Positions 49,324 to 61,052 of a stretch of 64,000 nt of DNA are shown here, piece by piece. Numbering within the stretch: position 1 is the stretch's first letter; each line of letters begins with the position of its first letter. The notes under the pieces were generated by a model. The model was not told where the DNA came from. It ran no database searches and saw only the letters and a list, made by a program, of their open reading frames with translations. Both the position numbers and the translations under genes were made by a program. Source of the DNA: Prevotella sp. (GTDB lineage: Bacteria > Bacteroidota > Bacteroidia > Bacteroidales > Dysgonomonadaceae); the NCBI GenBank assembly GCA_031285625.1, contig JAITVV010000007.1, positions 128,893-192,892 of the forward strand, read 5' to 3'.

Positions 49324-49893
49324 ATGGATCCCAATAAAATTTGGTTTACATCCGATCATCATTTCGGACATAAAAATATTATAGAGTTTAGCCAAAGGCC
49401 TTTCCTAAACACTGATGAAATGAATGAGGAGCTTATCAAACGATGGAATGAGAAAATCGGAACAGAGGATATGGTCTATCATCTGGGAGACTTCGCTCTG
49501 ATGTCATCCGGAAAATTAAGAAGTATTCTGGATCGGTTAAATGGGAGAATACACTTGATACAGGGGAATCATGAGAGCGCAGCACTTGATTGTGCCAGTC
49601 GTTTTGAATGGATAAAAGATTATCACGAACTGACAGTGAAAGATACTGATGCCCATAAAGGCGAACGGTTTATCGTATTGCTCCATTATGCAATGAGGGT
49701 ATGGAATGCGAGTCACTATGGGACATGGCACCTATACGGTCATTCTCATGGAGACCTTCCTGACGATGAAGCTTCTTTATCTTTTGATGTCGGTGTTGAT
49801 ACTAATAATTTCTACCCATATTCCTACGAAGATATAAAAGTAAGAATGTCACAAAAAAAGTGGATTTCACCTATTGAGTCAAGAAATAAATAA
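49324..49893 (+). CDS. Calcineurin-like metallophosphoesterase
   Basis: FTSDHHFGH, HLGD, GNHE, HY, GHSH, DVGVD. Confidence 0.9.
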   Translation: MDPNKIWFTSDHHFGHKNIIEFSQRPFLNTDEMNEELIKRWNEKIGTEDMVYHLGDFALMSSGKLRSILDRLNGRIHLIQGNHESAALDCASRFEWIKDYHELTVKDTDAHKGERFIVLLHYAMRVWNASHYGTWHLYGHSHGDLPDDEASLSFDVGVDTNNFYPYSYEDIKVRMSQKKWISPIESRNK

Positions 49894-50550
49894 TCAGACC
49901 TTTTCCTGCCAGTCATCTCCCTCACTTTTTAGAATTGGCAGTTTTAGATGATATTTAGTTGCTAAAAATCTTATTACGACAACAAATATAGCTGTAGCAA
50001 TTTCAGTAACAACCAAATCCACATTTAATAGATTCAATACACTAAATAATACGCCTCCTAATATACAGGCAACGGCATATAGCTCCTGAGTAAAAATAAT
50101 AGGAACTTCGTTTATCAGAATATCGCGAATCATCCCTCCTACTATCCCTGTTATTGTAGCCATGGATACACATACCCAAACAGGATACTCAAGTGCTAAG
50201 GCTTTCTCATATCCAACAACAACAAACAGTCCCAGACCAATACAGTCGAACCAGAATATTGTATTATTGAGATGTACCAGATATTTTCTAAAACAAAGGA
50301 CTATAATAAAAGCAAATAGTGTACACCAAATATAACGGCTAGCCTGTGTCCAGAATATAGGAACATCAAGTAACAAGTCACGAAGTGTCCCCCCTCCTAC
50401 AGCTGTTACAAATCCAATAACTATAGCTCCAAACCAGTCAAAACGCTTTGCCGAGGCTAAACGGATACCACTGATAGCAAATGCTATTGTTCCTAAAAAT
50501 TCAATTATATCAACAAACTGAATTTGTGCCAAATCATCAAAGAGGAACAT
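49894..50550 (-). CDS. TRIC/UPF0126-family membrane protein
   Basis: Two repeats GGGTLRD / GGMIRD, AFAISG, ELYA. Confidence 0.88.
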   Translation of the reverse strand: MFLFDDLAQIQFVDIIEFLGTIAFAISGIRLASAKRFDWFGAIVIGFVTAVGGGTLRDLLLDVPIFWTQASRYIWCTLFAFIIVLCFRKYLVHLNNTIFWFDCIGLGLFVVVGYEKALALEYPVWVCVSMATITGIVGGMIRDILINEVPIIFTQELYAVACILGGVLFSVLNLLNVDLVVTEIATAIFVVVIRFLATKYHLKLPILKSEGDDWQEKV

Positions 50551-50586
50551 GATTTATTAAGATTTATAAATTATAAATGTGTTTTG

Positions 50587-51663
50587 CTATTCTTCATCAT
50601 TGGCAATCATTCCACTTCCAATACACAGTTTCGAATCTTTATCGTAAACAACACCAAACTGTCCGGCAGCTATACCTTGTACCTTCTCGTCAGAATAGAT
50701 ACGGTACAAATCACCTATTTTTTCAATTCTCCCTCGTGTGAATTCAGGTGTATGCCTTATTTTAAATGTTATATCTTTGGAGCCATCAAAGTCACCCCAT
50801 ATATCTTCTGTGATAAATGAAAAACCGGCTAGATTCACCACTTTTCCGTATTGGGTTTCAGGGTCATATCCATTAGATACATATACTATATTGCGCTTTG
50901 TATCTTTTTTTATAACAAACCACGGACCACCACTCAATCCTAACCCCTTACGTTGCCCAATAGTGTGAAACCAGTAGCCGTCATGCCTTCCTATTACATT
51001 TCCGGTTTCGAGCTCCACAATTTTACCCTTTCGCTCACCCAGATAGCGACGTATAAAATCATTATAATTGATTTTTCCAAGAAAGCATATCCCCTGACTA
51101 TCTTTACGCTGAGCAGAAGGCAGACCCTGTTGTGCAGCAATAGCACGCACTTCACTTTTTAGCAAATTACCTATAGGAAACATCAGCTTCGATGCCTGCA
51201 GATAATCGATCTGTCCTAAAAAATAAGTTTGATCTTTTACATGATCCTTTGCTGTAGATAACCAGGTCTTACCATTCAACTCTGTTGTTGTGGCATAATG
51301 CCCTGTAGCTATTTTATCAAATTCATGTCCCCATTTTTGTTCAAAGCATCCAAACTTAATGAGTTTATTACACATCATATCGGGATTAGGAGTAAGCCCC
51401 CTTTTAACAGCATCAATTGTATAACTAACTACATTCTCCCAATACTCTTCATGTAGAGATACGACCTCCATCCTACAACCATACTTTTTAGCAATGTATG
51501 TTGTAATCTCGATATCCTCCTCGGCAGGGCAATCAATGTATCCCTGTTCGTCCTCCATACCTATCCGTATGTAAAATATCGTAGGGTCATAACCTTGTTC
51601 TTTTAGTTGATGAACAACTACAGAACTATCGACTCCTCCCGATACCAATGCTGCTATTTTCAT
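50587..51663 (-). CDS. mnmA: tRNA 2-thiouridylase MnmA
   Basis: [42 protein letters not shown] 51663 preferred. Confidence 0.96.
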   Translation of the reverse strand: MKIAALVSGGVDSSVVVHQLKEQGYDPTIFYIRIGMEDEQGYIDCPAEEDIEITTYIAKKYGCRMEVVSLHEEYWENVVSYTIDAVKRGLTPNPDMMCNKLIKFGCFEQKWGHEFDKIATGHYATTTELNGKTWLSTAKDHVKDQTYFLGQIDYLQASKLMFPIGNLLKSEVRAIAAQQGLPSAQRKDSQGICFLGKINYNDFIRRYLGERKGKIVELETGNVIGRHDGYWFHTIGQRKGLGLSGGPWFVIKKDTKRNIVYVSNGYDPETQYGKVVNLAGFSFITEDIWGDFDGSKDITFKIRHTPEFTRGRIEKIGDLYRIYSDEKVQGIAAGQFGVVYDKDSKLCIGSGMIANDEE

Positions 51664-51933
51664 TTTTAGTAAGTAATCAAAATACTGTGATAAAACAGGC
51701 TGCAAAGTTAGTAAAAATAACAGAATAATTTTCAATAATACTATTTAGTATCTACAAGGGTTTCCTTTACTTTTAGTTTAAAACAGTAAAGGTAACAACA
51801 GTGATTCTCTGGCTTTTATTTCATATTTTATATATGTTACATTTTCTTTATGCTATATTTTCTTTAGTTATTTCTAATAATTGTATATTTGTAGCCGAAT
51901 AATATTGATTGTTGTTATTTAGACCAAAGAAAA

Positions 51934-52563
51934 ATGGACACTTTAGAAAAACTGACAGCCGAAAAACTTCTTAGTATAAGGGCTATCAAATTACAGCCAT
52001 CTAATCCCTTTACATGGGCTTCAGGATGGAAATCCCCTATTTATTGTGATAATCGTAAATTAATATCGTATCCTCGTATACGTACATTTATAAAGACAGA
52101 ATTATCCCGTCTTATTCTGGAAAATTTTCAGGAAGTAGATGCTATTGCCGGTGTTGCAACCGGAGCTATTGCTCCCGGAGCATTAGTTGCTGATGCATTA
52201 GGATTACCTTTCGTTTATATCCGTTCTACTCCAAAAGATCATGGTTTGGAAAATCTGATAGAAGGTGAACTTAAACCAGGAAGTAAAGTAGTTGTAGTTG
52301 AAGATCTTGTATCGACAGGCAAAAGTAGTCTAAAAGCTGTAGAGGCAGTACGTCGTGACGGATCGGAGGTTATCGGTATGGTTGCTAATTTTACTTATGA
52401 TTTCCCTGTTGCTACAGAGAATTTTAAACAAGCAGATGTAAAATTGATAACATTAACCAATTACGATGCTATTCTTGCGGAGGCTCTGCGGACAGAATAT
52501 ATTGCTGAATCGGATCTGGAAACTTTGCAGGAATGGAGAAAAGCTCCTGCTGACTGGAAATAA
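51934..52563 (+). CDS. pyrE: Orotate phosphoribosyltransferase
   Basis: FTWASGWKSPIYCDNR; PRPP motif VVVEDLVSTGKS. Confidence 0.96.
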   Translation: MDTLEKLTAEKLLSIRAIKLQPSNPFTWASGWKSPIYCDNRKLISYPRIRTFIKTELSRLILENFQEVDAIAGVATGAIAPGALVADALGLPFVYIRSTPKDHGLENLIEGELKPGSKVVVVEDLVSTGKSSLKAVEAVRRDGSEVIGMVANFTYDFPVATENFKQADVKLITLTNYDAILAEALRTEYIAESDLETLQEWRKAPADWK

Positions 52564-52589
52564 CTTAACGTTTACTTATAATACACTCA

Positions 52590-53033
52590 ATGGCTGAATT
52601 TGTTAGTGAGATAAAAACAATTCCGCATGCGGATGCGGATATATATACAGTACTTTCAGATCTGAGTAATCTGGAGTTGGCAAAAGGAAAAATTCCTCAG
52701 GATATGATCAAGGACTTATCTTTTGATCAGGATTCTTGTACTATAACAGTAGATCCTGTAGGAAAAATCAAATTTGTTGTCATTGAGCGTGAGCCCAATA
52801 AAACCATTAAATTTCAATCAGAGCAGCTGCCTTTTGATGTCACAATGTGGATACAATTAAAGGCTTGTGATGACAATGAAACTAAGATGAAGCTTACTAT
52901 CAAAGCCGATTTGAATCCGTTCTTAAAACCAATGGTATCCAAACCATTGCAGGCTGGAATTGATAAGGTTGCAGAAGGTCTGTCTTCACTACCTTATGAC
53001 GAAATTTTGAATAAAGGAAGAATAGAAGAATAA
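52590..53033 (+). CDS. SRPBCC-family protein
   Basis: Conserved Bacteroidota ORF between pyrE and argH (IY..LSDL.N, EREPNKTIKF, LNPFLKPMV). Confidence 0.75.
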   Translation: MAEFVSEIKTIPHADADIYTVLSDLSNLELAKGKIPQDMIKDLSFDQDSCTITVDPVGKIKFVVIEREPNKTIKFQSEQLPFDVTMWIQLKACDDNETKMKLTIKADLNPFLKPMVSKPLQAGIDKVAEGLSSLPYDEILNKGRIEE

Positions 53034-53036
53034 CCA

Positions 53037-54374
53037 ATGAAACTTTGGGAAAAAAGCGTCCAGGTAAATAAAGATGTTGAGTCGTATACTGTAGGACGCG
53101 ATCAGGAGATGGATATTTATCTGGCTCCTTATGATGTATTAGGGTCTATGGCTCACATTACGATGTTGGAATCTGTAGGATTGCTTGGAAAAGATGAGTT
53201 GTCAATATTGCTGGCAGAACTCAAAACTATCTATAAACAAACAGTTTCGGGAGATTTTACCATTGAAGATGGAATAGAAGATGTTCATTCTCAGGTAGAA
53301 TTGATGTTAACTCGGAAACTTGGTGACACTGGAAAAAAAATCCATAGCGGACGTTCCCGGAATGATCAGGTACTGGTAGATCTAAAGCTATTTACCCGGG
53401 ATCGTATACACATGCTTGTGGAATCCGTATCCAAACTGATAGATGTACTCTTAGAACAAAGTAATAAATATAAAGATGTATTAATGCCTGGCTATACTCA
53501 TCTGCAAATAGCTATGCCTTCTTCGTTCGGACTTTGGTTCGGAGCTTATGCAGAAAGTCTTGTTGACGACTTGCAGTTATTACTGGCAGCTTATAAAGTT
53601 TGTAACCGTAATCCGCTAGGTTCAGCAGCAGGCTATGGTTCATCATTTCCTCTCAATCGTCAGATGACTACGGATCTGTTAGGTTTTGACTCTATGGATT
53701 ATAATGTAGTGTATGCACAGATGGGACGTGGTAAAATGGAACGCACTGTTGCATTTGCTATTGCCGGTATTGCCGGTACATTATCTAAACTGTCATATGA
53801 TGCATGTATGTTTAATAGTCAGAACTTTGGTTTTATCAAGTTACCGGACGAATATACTACTGGCTCAAGCATCATGCCCCATAAGAAGAATCCTGATGTC
53901 TTTGAACTTACACGTGCAAAATGTAACAAATTACAGGCATTACCGACCGATATCACTTTTATTATAAATAATCTTCCTTCCGGATATTTTCGCGATTTGC
54001 AGCTCATTAAAGAATTGTTTATTCCTTCATTTGAAGAAATGAATGATTGTTTGCAAATGGTTGCCCGAATGATGGGAGAAGTAAAGATTAACGAACATAT
54101 ACTTGATGATCCTAAATATCTATTAATTTTTAGTGTTGAAGAAGTAAACAGATTAGTGCTTGAAGGAGTTCCTTTCCGCGATGCTTACAAACAGGTAGGA
54201 CTGGAAATCGAAAATGGGAACTTTGTACATGATAAAACAGTACATCATACACATGAGGGAAGTATCGGTAATTTGTGTAATGATCATATTGATATACTTA
54301 GACAGCAGATTGTAGATCAGTTTGAATTCGAGAAAGTAATATCCGCTGAAAAAAAATTACTTGGAGAAATATGA
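53037..54374 (+). CDS. argH: Argininosuccinate lyase
   Basis: HSGRSRNDQV, MPGYTHLQ, GSSIMPHKKNPD, PFRDAY. Confidence 0.97.
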   Translation: MKLWEKSVQVNKDVESYTVGRDQEMDIYLAPYDVLGSMAHITMLESVGLLGKDELSILLAELKTIYKQTVSGDFTIEDGIEDVHSQVELMLTRKLGDTGKKIHSGRSRNDQVLVDLKLFTRDRIHMLVESVSKLIDVLLEQSNKYKDVLMPGYTHLQIAMPSSFGLWFGAYAESLVDDLQLLLAAYKVCNRNPLGSAAGYGSSFPLNRQMTTDLLGFDSMDYNVVYAQMGRGKMERTVAFAIAGIAGTLSKLSYDACMFNSQNFGFIKLPDEYTTGSSIMPHKKNPDVFELTRAKCNKLQALPTDITFIINNLPSGYFRDLQLIKELFIPSFEEMNDCLQMVARMMGEVKINEHILDDPKYLLIFSVEEVNRLVLEGVPFRDAYKQVGLEIENGNFVHDKTVHHTHEGSIGNLCNDHIDILRQQIVDQFEFEKVISAEKKLLGEI

Positions 54375-54422
54375 AAACCTACCAGGTACATTTCTTTATA
54401 CATAGTTTAAACTTATACATAT

Positions 54423-55643
54423 ATGGAAGAATCTGAAATTATTCTGGCTAGTTTGTCAGGAGAGGATAAACCCGGAGTAACAGCTGCATTAACTGCGGTA
54501 TTAGCTAAACATAACGCAAACATCCTTGATATAGGGCAAGCAAATATTCACCATTCACTTTCTTTAGCCATAATGTTTGAGGCAACCAATGCCGGAGAGG
54601 TTATTAAAGATCTGCTTTTCAAAGCGACCGAATTAGGTGTTATTATACGCTTCTCTCCCATCAGTAAGGATGAATATATGCGTTGGGTGAATCTTCAGGG
54701 TACGAAAAACCGTTATATTGTTACAGTTCTTGGACGTACTCTTAACCCTACTCATATATCTGCTGTTGCAGAAGTTAGCCAGAAATATAAACTGAATATT
54801 GAAAAAATAATCCGTCTTACAGGCCGTGTTCCGTTAAATGCTTCAGATCGTCCCAGCCGGTCTTGCATCGAACTATCTATAAGAGGAACAGTAGAAAGTG
54901 TAGAAGACCTGAAACACGATTTCATGAAACTAGCGGATGACCTGGGTATCGATATTGCTTTTCAAGTAGAGAATATGTATCGCCGTATGCGTCGTCTGGT
55001 TTGCTTTGATATGGATTCTACGTTGATACAGACAGAAGTTATTGATGAATTGGCAGAACGCGCCGGAGTTGGAGAAGAGGTAAAAGCAATTACCGAATCA
55101 GCTATGCGTGGCGAAATTGATTTTAGTGAAAGTTTCAAAAAACGCGTAAGCCTTTTAAAGGGACTCGACGAATCAGTAATGCAGGATATTGCCGAAAATC
55201 TACCTGTTACGGAAGGCATGACCCGTCTTATTCGTATATTGAAGAAAAGTGGATGCAAACTAGCAATATTATCAGGAGGATTTACCTATTTTGGAAATTA
55301 TCTGAGAGACAAGTACGGTTTCGATTATGTATATGCAAACGAACTTGAAATAGAAGATGGTAAGCTTACCGGAAACTATGTTGGTGATATTGTAGATGGC
55401 AAGCGTAAAGCCGAACTACTCCGCTTATTGGCTCAAGTAGAAAAAGTAGACATACGACAAACTGTAGCCGTAGGTGATGGTGCTAATGACCTGCCTATGC
55501 TTGGTATTGCCGGACTAGGTATTGCCTTCCATGCAAAGCCTAAGGTTAAAGCAAATGCAAAGCAATCTTTGTCTACTGTTGGTCTGGACGGAATCCTGTA
55601 TTTCCTTGGATACCGCGATTCCATGCTGGAAGGCGAGAAATAA
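54423..55643 (+). CDS. serB: Phosphoserine phosphatase with ACT domains
   Basis: N-terminal ACT (GEDKPGV), FDMDSTL, SGGF, GDGAND. Confidence 0.96.
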   Translation: MEESEIILASLSGEDKPGVTAALTAVLAKHNANILDIGQANIHHSLSLAIMFEATNAGEVIKDLLFKATELGVIIRFSPISKDEYMRWVNLQGTKNRYIVTVLGRTLNPTHISAVAEVSQKYKLNIEKIIRLTGRVPLNASDRPSRSCIELSIRGTVESVEDLKHDFMKLADDLGIDIAFQVENMYRRMRRLVCFDMDSTLIQTEVIDELAERAGVGEEVKAITESAMRGEIDFSESFKKRVSLLKGLDESVMQDIAENLPVTEGMTRLIRILKKSGCKLAILSGGFTYFGNYLRDKYGFDYVYANELEIEDGKLTGNYVGDIVDGKRKAELLRLLAQVEKVDIRQTVAVGDGANDLPMLGIAGLGIAFHAKPKVKANAKQSLSTVGLDGILYFLGYRDSMLEGEK

Positions 55644-55666
55644 CAGAGAAACATCCTAAACATACA

Positions 55667-55694
55667 GAAAAGTCCGGAAATATCCGGATTTTTC
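55667..55694. terminator. Bidirectional terminator
   Basis: GAAAAGTCCGGA-AATA-TCCGGATTTTTC between convergent genes. Confidence 0.75.
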
Positions 55695-55704
55695 TTTTAT
55701 CTCC

Positions 55705-56073
55705 TTATTTCTGTGCCCATAAACCGACACGGTTTCCTTCACAATCGAGGAATACAGCAAAGAACCCTGCATTGTCAGCCTCTATTTGTGTTTTCGGGAT
55801 AAGGGTTTTCCCTTCGTTCTTTTCTATATAGTTCAAAGCTGAATCTATATCCTCACAACTAAGACTTATCAATACTCCATCCTTTGATGGATTAAAGCCT
55901 TCAGCCCATGATATTGCTCCACTGGCATCGCTACTCTCGTCAGAGAAAAATGCCATTTTTTCATGACCACAATCCATTACAGACAATTTAGTTTTCAGTA
56001 ATGTTTCATAAAATTTAATTGCCCTTTCGAAGTCTGTAGCAGGAATCTCAAAAAATGATACAAGTTTTTTCAT
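55705..56073 (-). CDS. VOC/glyoxalase-family protein
   Basis: From ATG 56073: FFEIPATDFERAIKFY...GAI...GFFAVFLDCEGNRVGL. Confidence 0.88.
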   Translation of the reverse strand: MKKLVSFFEIPATDFERAIKFYETLLKTKLSVMDCGHEKMAFFSDESSDASGAISWAEGFNPSKDGVLISLSCEDIDSALNYIEKNEGKTLIPKTQIEADNAGFFAVFLDCEGNRVGLWAQK

Positions 56074-56187
56074 AAAATCTGTTTGTTTAAAATTGTTTAT
56101 TAAACTAATTGACTTAACAAAAGTAGTATCTACAAGTAGCGAAAACTTGTAAAAAAAGGACATCATTTCTAATATGCCGGATATAAG

Positions 56188-56209
56188 AAAAGGGGATTAA
56201 TCCCCTTTT
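56188..56209. terminator. Palindromic terminator
   Basis: AAAAGGGGATTAATCCCCTTTT, a perfect palindrome with a T-run. Confidence 0.65.
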
Positions 56210-56234
56210 TATTTTTTTATTGATTACTTGCAAT

Positions 56235-56640
56235 CTAAAATTTTTGTACTAACCGGCTTTCAGCACTATCAGCTTTTTCCTTAAATACAATCCATAATAT
56301 ACCATTATCTACCTTAATAATTTCAATCTTGTCAATGGCTGTAACTCCTAACTCATCTCTTATAGAAGGATTAGATTTTTCTCCGATGCTATTATCACCT
56401 TCCCATACCAAAAAATGTTTCATAACGATATAGACTCCATTGAAAAGGAGCCAATGTCCATTTATTAGCTGTTGTATAAAAACCCATTTTTGCCGCCTTA
56501 TTATTGTTTGTAATTGGACTTAAACGGTCCATTATTACATCCATTGTAAGATTTTTACTCAGCAGACTATTATCAATAGTCGTTTGATTGTAAGAAGTTA
56601 ATGTTAAATGCGTTCCTTCGAATGGAATTAATATTCTTCA
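56235..56640 (-). pseudogene. Probable degraded gene remnant in two reading frames
   Basis: A start-less frame RILIPFEG...APFQWSLYRYETFF appears to continue in another frame as VWEGDNS...IKVDNGILWIVFKE at a T6 tract near 56410-56415. Confidence 0.35.
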
Positions 56641-56669
56641 TATTCACATGCATCGACGAAAATAATGTA

Positions 56670-57467
56670 TCACGAGAAATAATCGGAATAAGGCACACAA
56701 ATAGTCAGATATTCAGTCGGCGTATAACCAGAAAAACTTTTAAATTCCCGGATAAGATGTGATTGATCATAAAAGCCACACCTGTAGGTAAGTTCGGTGA
56801 GATTAATATTTGTATTGTTCTGTAAAGTATATAATGCACGATGAAAACGTACAATACGGGAGAACTCTTTTGGCCCTGTTCCCACATGTTGTGCAAATAC
56901 ACGATTAAATTGTTTATAACTAAGGCAAACCTTTTCAGCTATGTCTTCCATTTTGATCTGATTCTGTGTATTTATGGATTCAATTGCTGCTGATATTCTT
57001 TTATAGTTGTAGTCTTTTATAGAATCTAACCGTTTCAATAAAAACTGTTCAATCAGATTAATGCACACCTGATTGTCAGCAGTTTCAACGATACGTTTAC
57101 CTAAATCTTTAAGGGCTTTGTCTTCTATATCATTTACAGAAATGGTTTGCTCGTAAAATTCATTTAATGGAATATCGAAAAATGCACTTGCGCCATGAGC
57201 CTGAAACACGACTACAATCATATTCACGGTATCTGTTGTAGATAGATCAGAAAAACCCATGCTCTGTCCACATATGAAAGACCGAGGTTGCAAATCGCGA
57301 TCTGATGAAGAATACATTCTATTACCTCTGTGAAAAACCAGATTAATATATCCGGTTGGTATGATACGTTCTGATATATGGGCAATATCTTCCATCTCCA
57401 GTATCCAATAGTTCTTAATATAAGGACTAAGTATGCTTGACGGATGTATTATACTAAATTTTTCCAT
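56670..57467 (-). CDS. AraC-family regulator (DUF6597-type N-terminus)
   Basis: PYIKNYW, ERIIPTG, C-terminal HTH LSYKQFNRVF...GPKEFSRIVRF...GFYDQSHLIREFKSFSGYTP. Confidence 0.92.
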   Translation of the reverse strand: MEKFSIIHPSSILSPYIKNYWILEMEDIAHISERIIPTGYINLVFHRGNRMYSSSDRDLQPRSFICGQSMGFSDLSTTDTVNMIVVVFQAHGASAFFDIPLNEFYEQTISVNDIEDKALKDLGKRIVETADNQVCINLIEQFLLKRLDSIKDYNYKRISAAIESINTQNQIKMEDIAEKVCLSYKQFNRVFAQHVGTGPKEFSRIVRFHRALYTLQNNTNINLTELTYRCGFYDQSHLIREFKSFSGYTPTEYLTICVPYSDYFS

Positions 57468-57568
57468 ATCGATAAAGATATGTAAAGATAACAAGATGTT
57501 TTTCTTTGAGATTGTAAAAAAAGGACATAATAACCAAATTTTAGAAAATAGGCTTACAAGAATCTTTC

Positions 57569-57728
57569 AATATCTGAAAGGAGTTATACCCAATAACCGC
57601 ATCATCCAAAATCCACTTTCGCAAGTAGAAGTTTAAATCTGTAAGGTCGGTAATAAGTAAGGAGACTTACTCGGTTACTGAAGGTTACAAATGCCCAGAA
57701 CACCCTTAAATAACTCCTTTCTGATATT
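57569..57728 (-). ncRNA. Candidate structured ncRNA (~160-nt rod-like fold)
   Basis: 19-bp inverted repeat with 1 mismatch closes the element. Internal stems AGTAAG/CTTACT, TTTGTAA/TTACAGA and TCTACTT-GCGA-AAGTGGA. TATATTTG promoter box upstream on the minus strand (57817-57824). Confidence 0.5.
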
Positions 57729-57981
57729 TGATCTTAACTGCTTCTACAGTTAGATATATTTCTTCAGTGTGTATACAGATTTTTATTGTGTTTTAATTAC
57801 ACATAGTTTGCTAATACAAATATAGAGAAATATTTGATATATAATACAGCTATTATGTTAAAATTACACATGAAATGTATTTTTTTAAAGATTTAATTCA
57901 AAGAAGTTAATAAATATTCTGAAAATTTTAACAAAAGAATAATTTGCTTATTTTAGCATTTCAAATCGATATAAATTCAAT

Positions 57982-59253
57982 ATGAAAAAACAAACTACAC
58001 TAAAGATTTTTATTGCATTAATGTTTTCTGTGTTGATAGCATCATGTGATAGTGATGACTCTAAAAAACAAGGAAATGATAAGTATGGATGGAGCGAAAC
58101 TATGCGTGGAAATGATCTGGAGGAAATCGCATGGCCCGACAGATCAGAAAATTACTGGGAATATACAATGGATGTTACCGAATATCCGAATGTTGGTTTG
58201 CGTTTTAAAGGCACTTATCCCACTAACGACACCCGCTTTTTTAATATAACAGTTTATAATGATATCTCAACAAAACGGATTGCATCTGTAGAAGACTTCA
58301 ATATAACACCAAATGAAGGAAGCAAAAATCCTTTCGCTGTTACAGGTGTTACAGGAAGTAATCAGTTTGAAGTAAATGTAGTTCCGGCAGGAACCGCTAC
58401 TTCAATAACAAGTTCGTTACCAAATGTTATGGAGTTTCCCCAAGATATTCAGAAACTGAGCATCCTTCTTCGAATATATTTCAACTCAGATGATCATGGA
58501 GCAGATTTTGGCGGAGTTGATCTGCCCGAAATTGTATTCTTTGACACAAAGACAGGAAAGGAAATTGGTAAAGCTGTAAGGGCTGAATCAAACTATTATG
58601 ATGCATGCAAGATGATTGTAAAGAGTATCCCTCCATTAAAAGCTGTAGATGCTTTGGTATTTACATTAGCTCCTGACCTCATGTACTCGAATGGACCTAC
58701 TGGATATGTTACTGCAGCTAACCGCCTGAAAACAGGAGAAGCTTTGCTATTCCGTTTCATACCGCCTGTATATCCTGAAAATATCACACAAAACAGAGAT
58801 GCAGATGTTCGATACTGGTCTATTTGTGTGGGAGATACTGTTACCCGCACACCACATACAATGGCAGACCGCCAGATCGTAAAATCTGATGATGGCTATG
58901 TAAATTTCATTATCGTTGAGAAGAAAGACCCTCTGATGGAAGCTATCAAGGCTAAAGCTGCATCTATGAAGATCAATGTTATTGTTTGGGATGGAGAAAC
59001 CTTTGGTGAACCAATGATGGTATTTTATCGTCAGATGTATATTAAGGAAGGATACGAGTATTCTGTGAAGAAAATACCTTCTTTCCCTCCATTAAATTCT
59101 GCCGGACTACCTGATGCTACTGCCGAAATAAAACCGGAGAATATGGCCCATATATCCCTTGGCGAACATGGCCCTAGCGGACTAAAAATGTCTTCGGGAG
59201 CAATCCTTACAGATGGATTCAGTTATTCATATATGCGTATACCAACACAATAA
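57982..59253 (+). CDS. Lipoprotein of unknown function
   Basis: Lipobox LIASC; 423-aa beta-rich ORF (RFFNITVY, LRIY, VRYWSIC). Confidence 0.75.
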   Translation: MKKQTTLKIFIALMFSVLIASCDSDDSKKQGNDKYGWSETMRGNDLEEIAWPDRSENYWEYTMDVTEYPNVGLRFKGTYPTNDTRFFNITVYNDISTKRIASVEDFNITPNEGSKNPFAVTGVTGSNQFEVNVVPAGTATSITSSLPNVMEFPQDIQKLSILLRIYFNSDDHGADFGGVDLPEIVFFDTKTGKEIGKAVRAESNYYDACKMIVKSIPPLKAVDALVFTLAPDLMYSNGPTGYVTAANRLKTGEALLFRFIPPVYPENITQNRDADVRYWSICVGDTVTRTPHTMADRQIVKSDDGYVNFIIVEKKDPLMEAIKAKAASMKINVIVWDGETFGEPMMVFYRQMYIKEGYEYSVKKIPSFPPLNSAGLPDATAEIKPENMAHISLGEHGPSGLKMSSGAILTDGFSYSYMRIPTQ

Positions 59254-59279
59254 AAATGGTGTTGCACTATATACAAAAT

Positions 59280-59310
59280 AAAGAAGGTGATCATAATGAT
59301 CACCTTCTTT
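59280..59310. terminator. Bidirectional terminator
   Basis: AAAGAAGGTGATCAT-A-ATGATCACCTTCTTT perfect inverted repeat between convergent genes. Confidence 0.85.
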
Positions 59311-59331
59311 CATATTCTATTTATATAGATA

Positions 59332-60954
<1,623 letters not shown>

Positions 60955-61052
60955 TTAGTTACAGATTATATGATAGATACAGGATAATATCCCATTATCC
61001 AATGAGGGCACAAAGGTACAAAATTATTAGCTGATAATCAAAGTGAAGTTAA

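Noticed and set aside
49324-49893. Phage origin or defence role for the metallophosphoesterase
   Set aside because: No phage or defence genes nearby; it sits among housekeeping genes.
57569-57728. Invertible (phase-variable) promoter flanked by 19-bp inverted repeats
   Set aside because: No TAnnTTTG box inside on either strand and no recombinase nearby; the extensive internal pairing favours an RNA structure.
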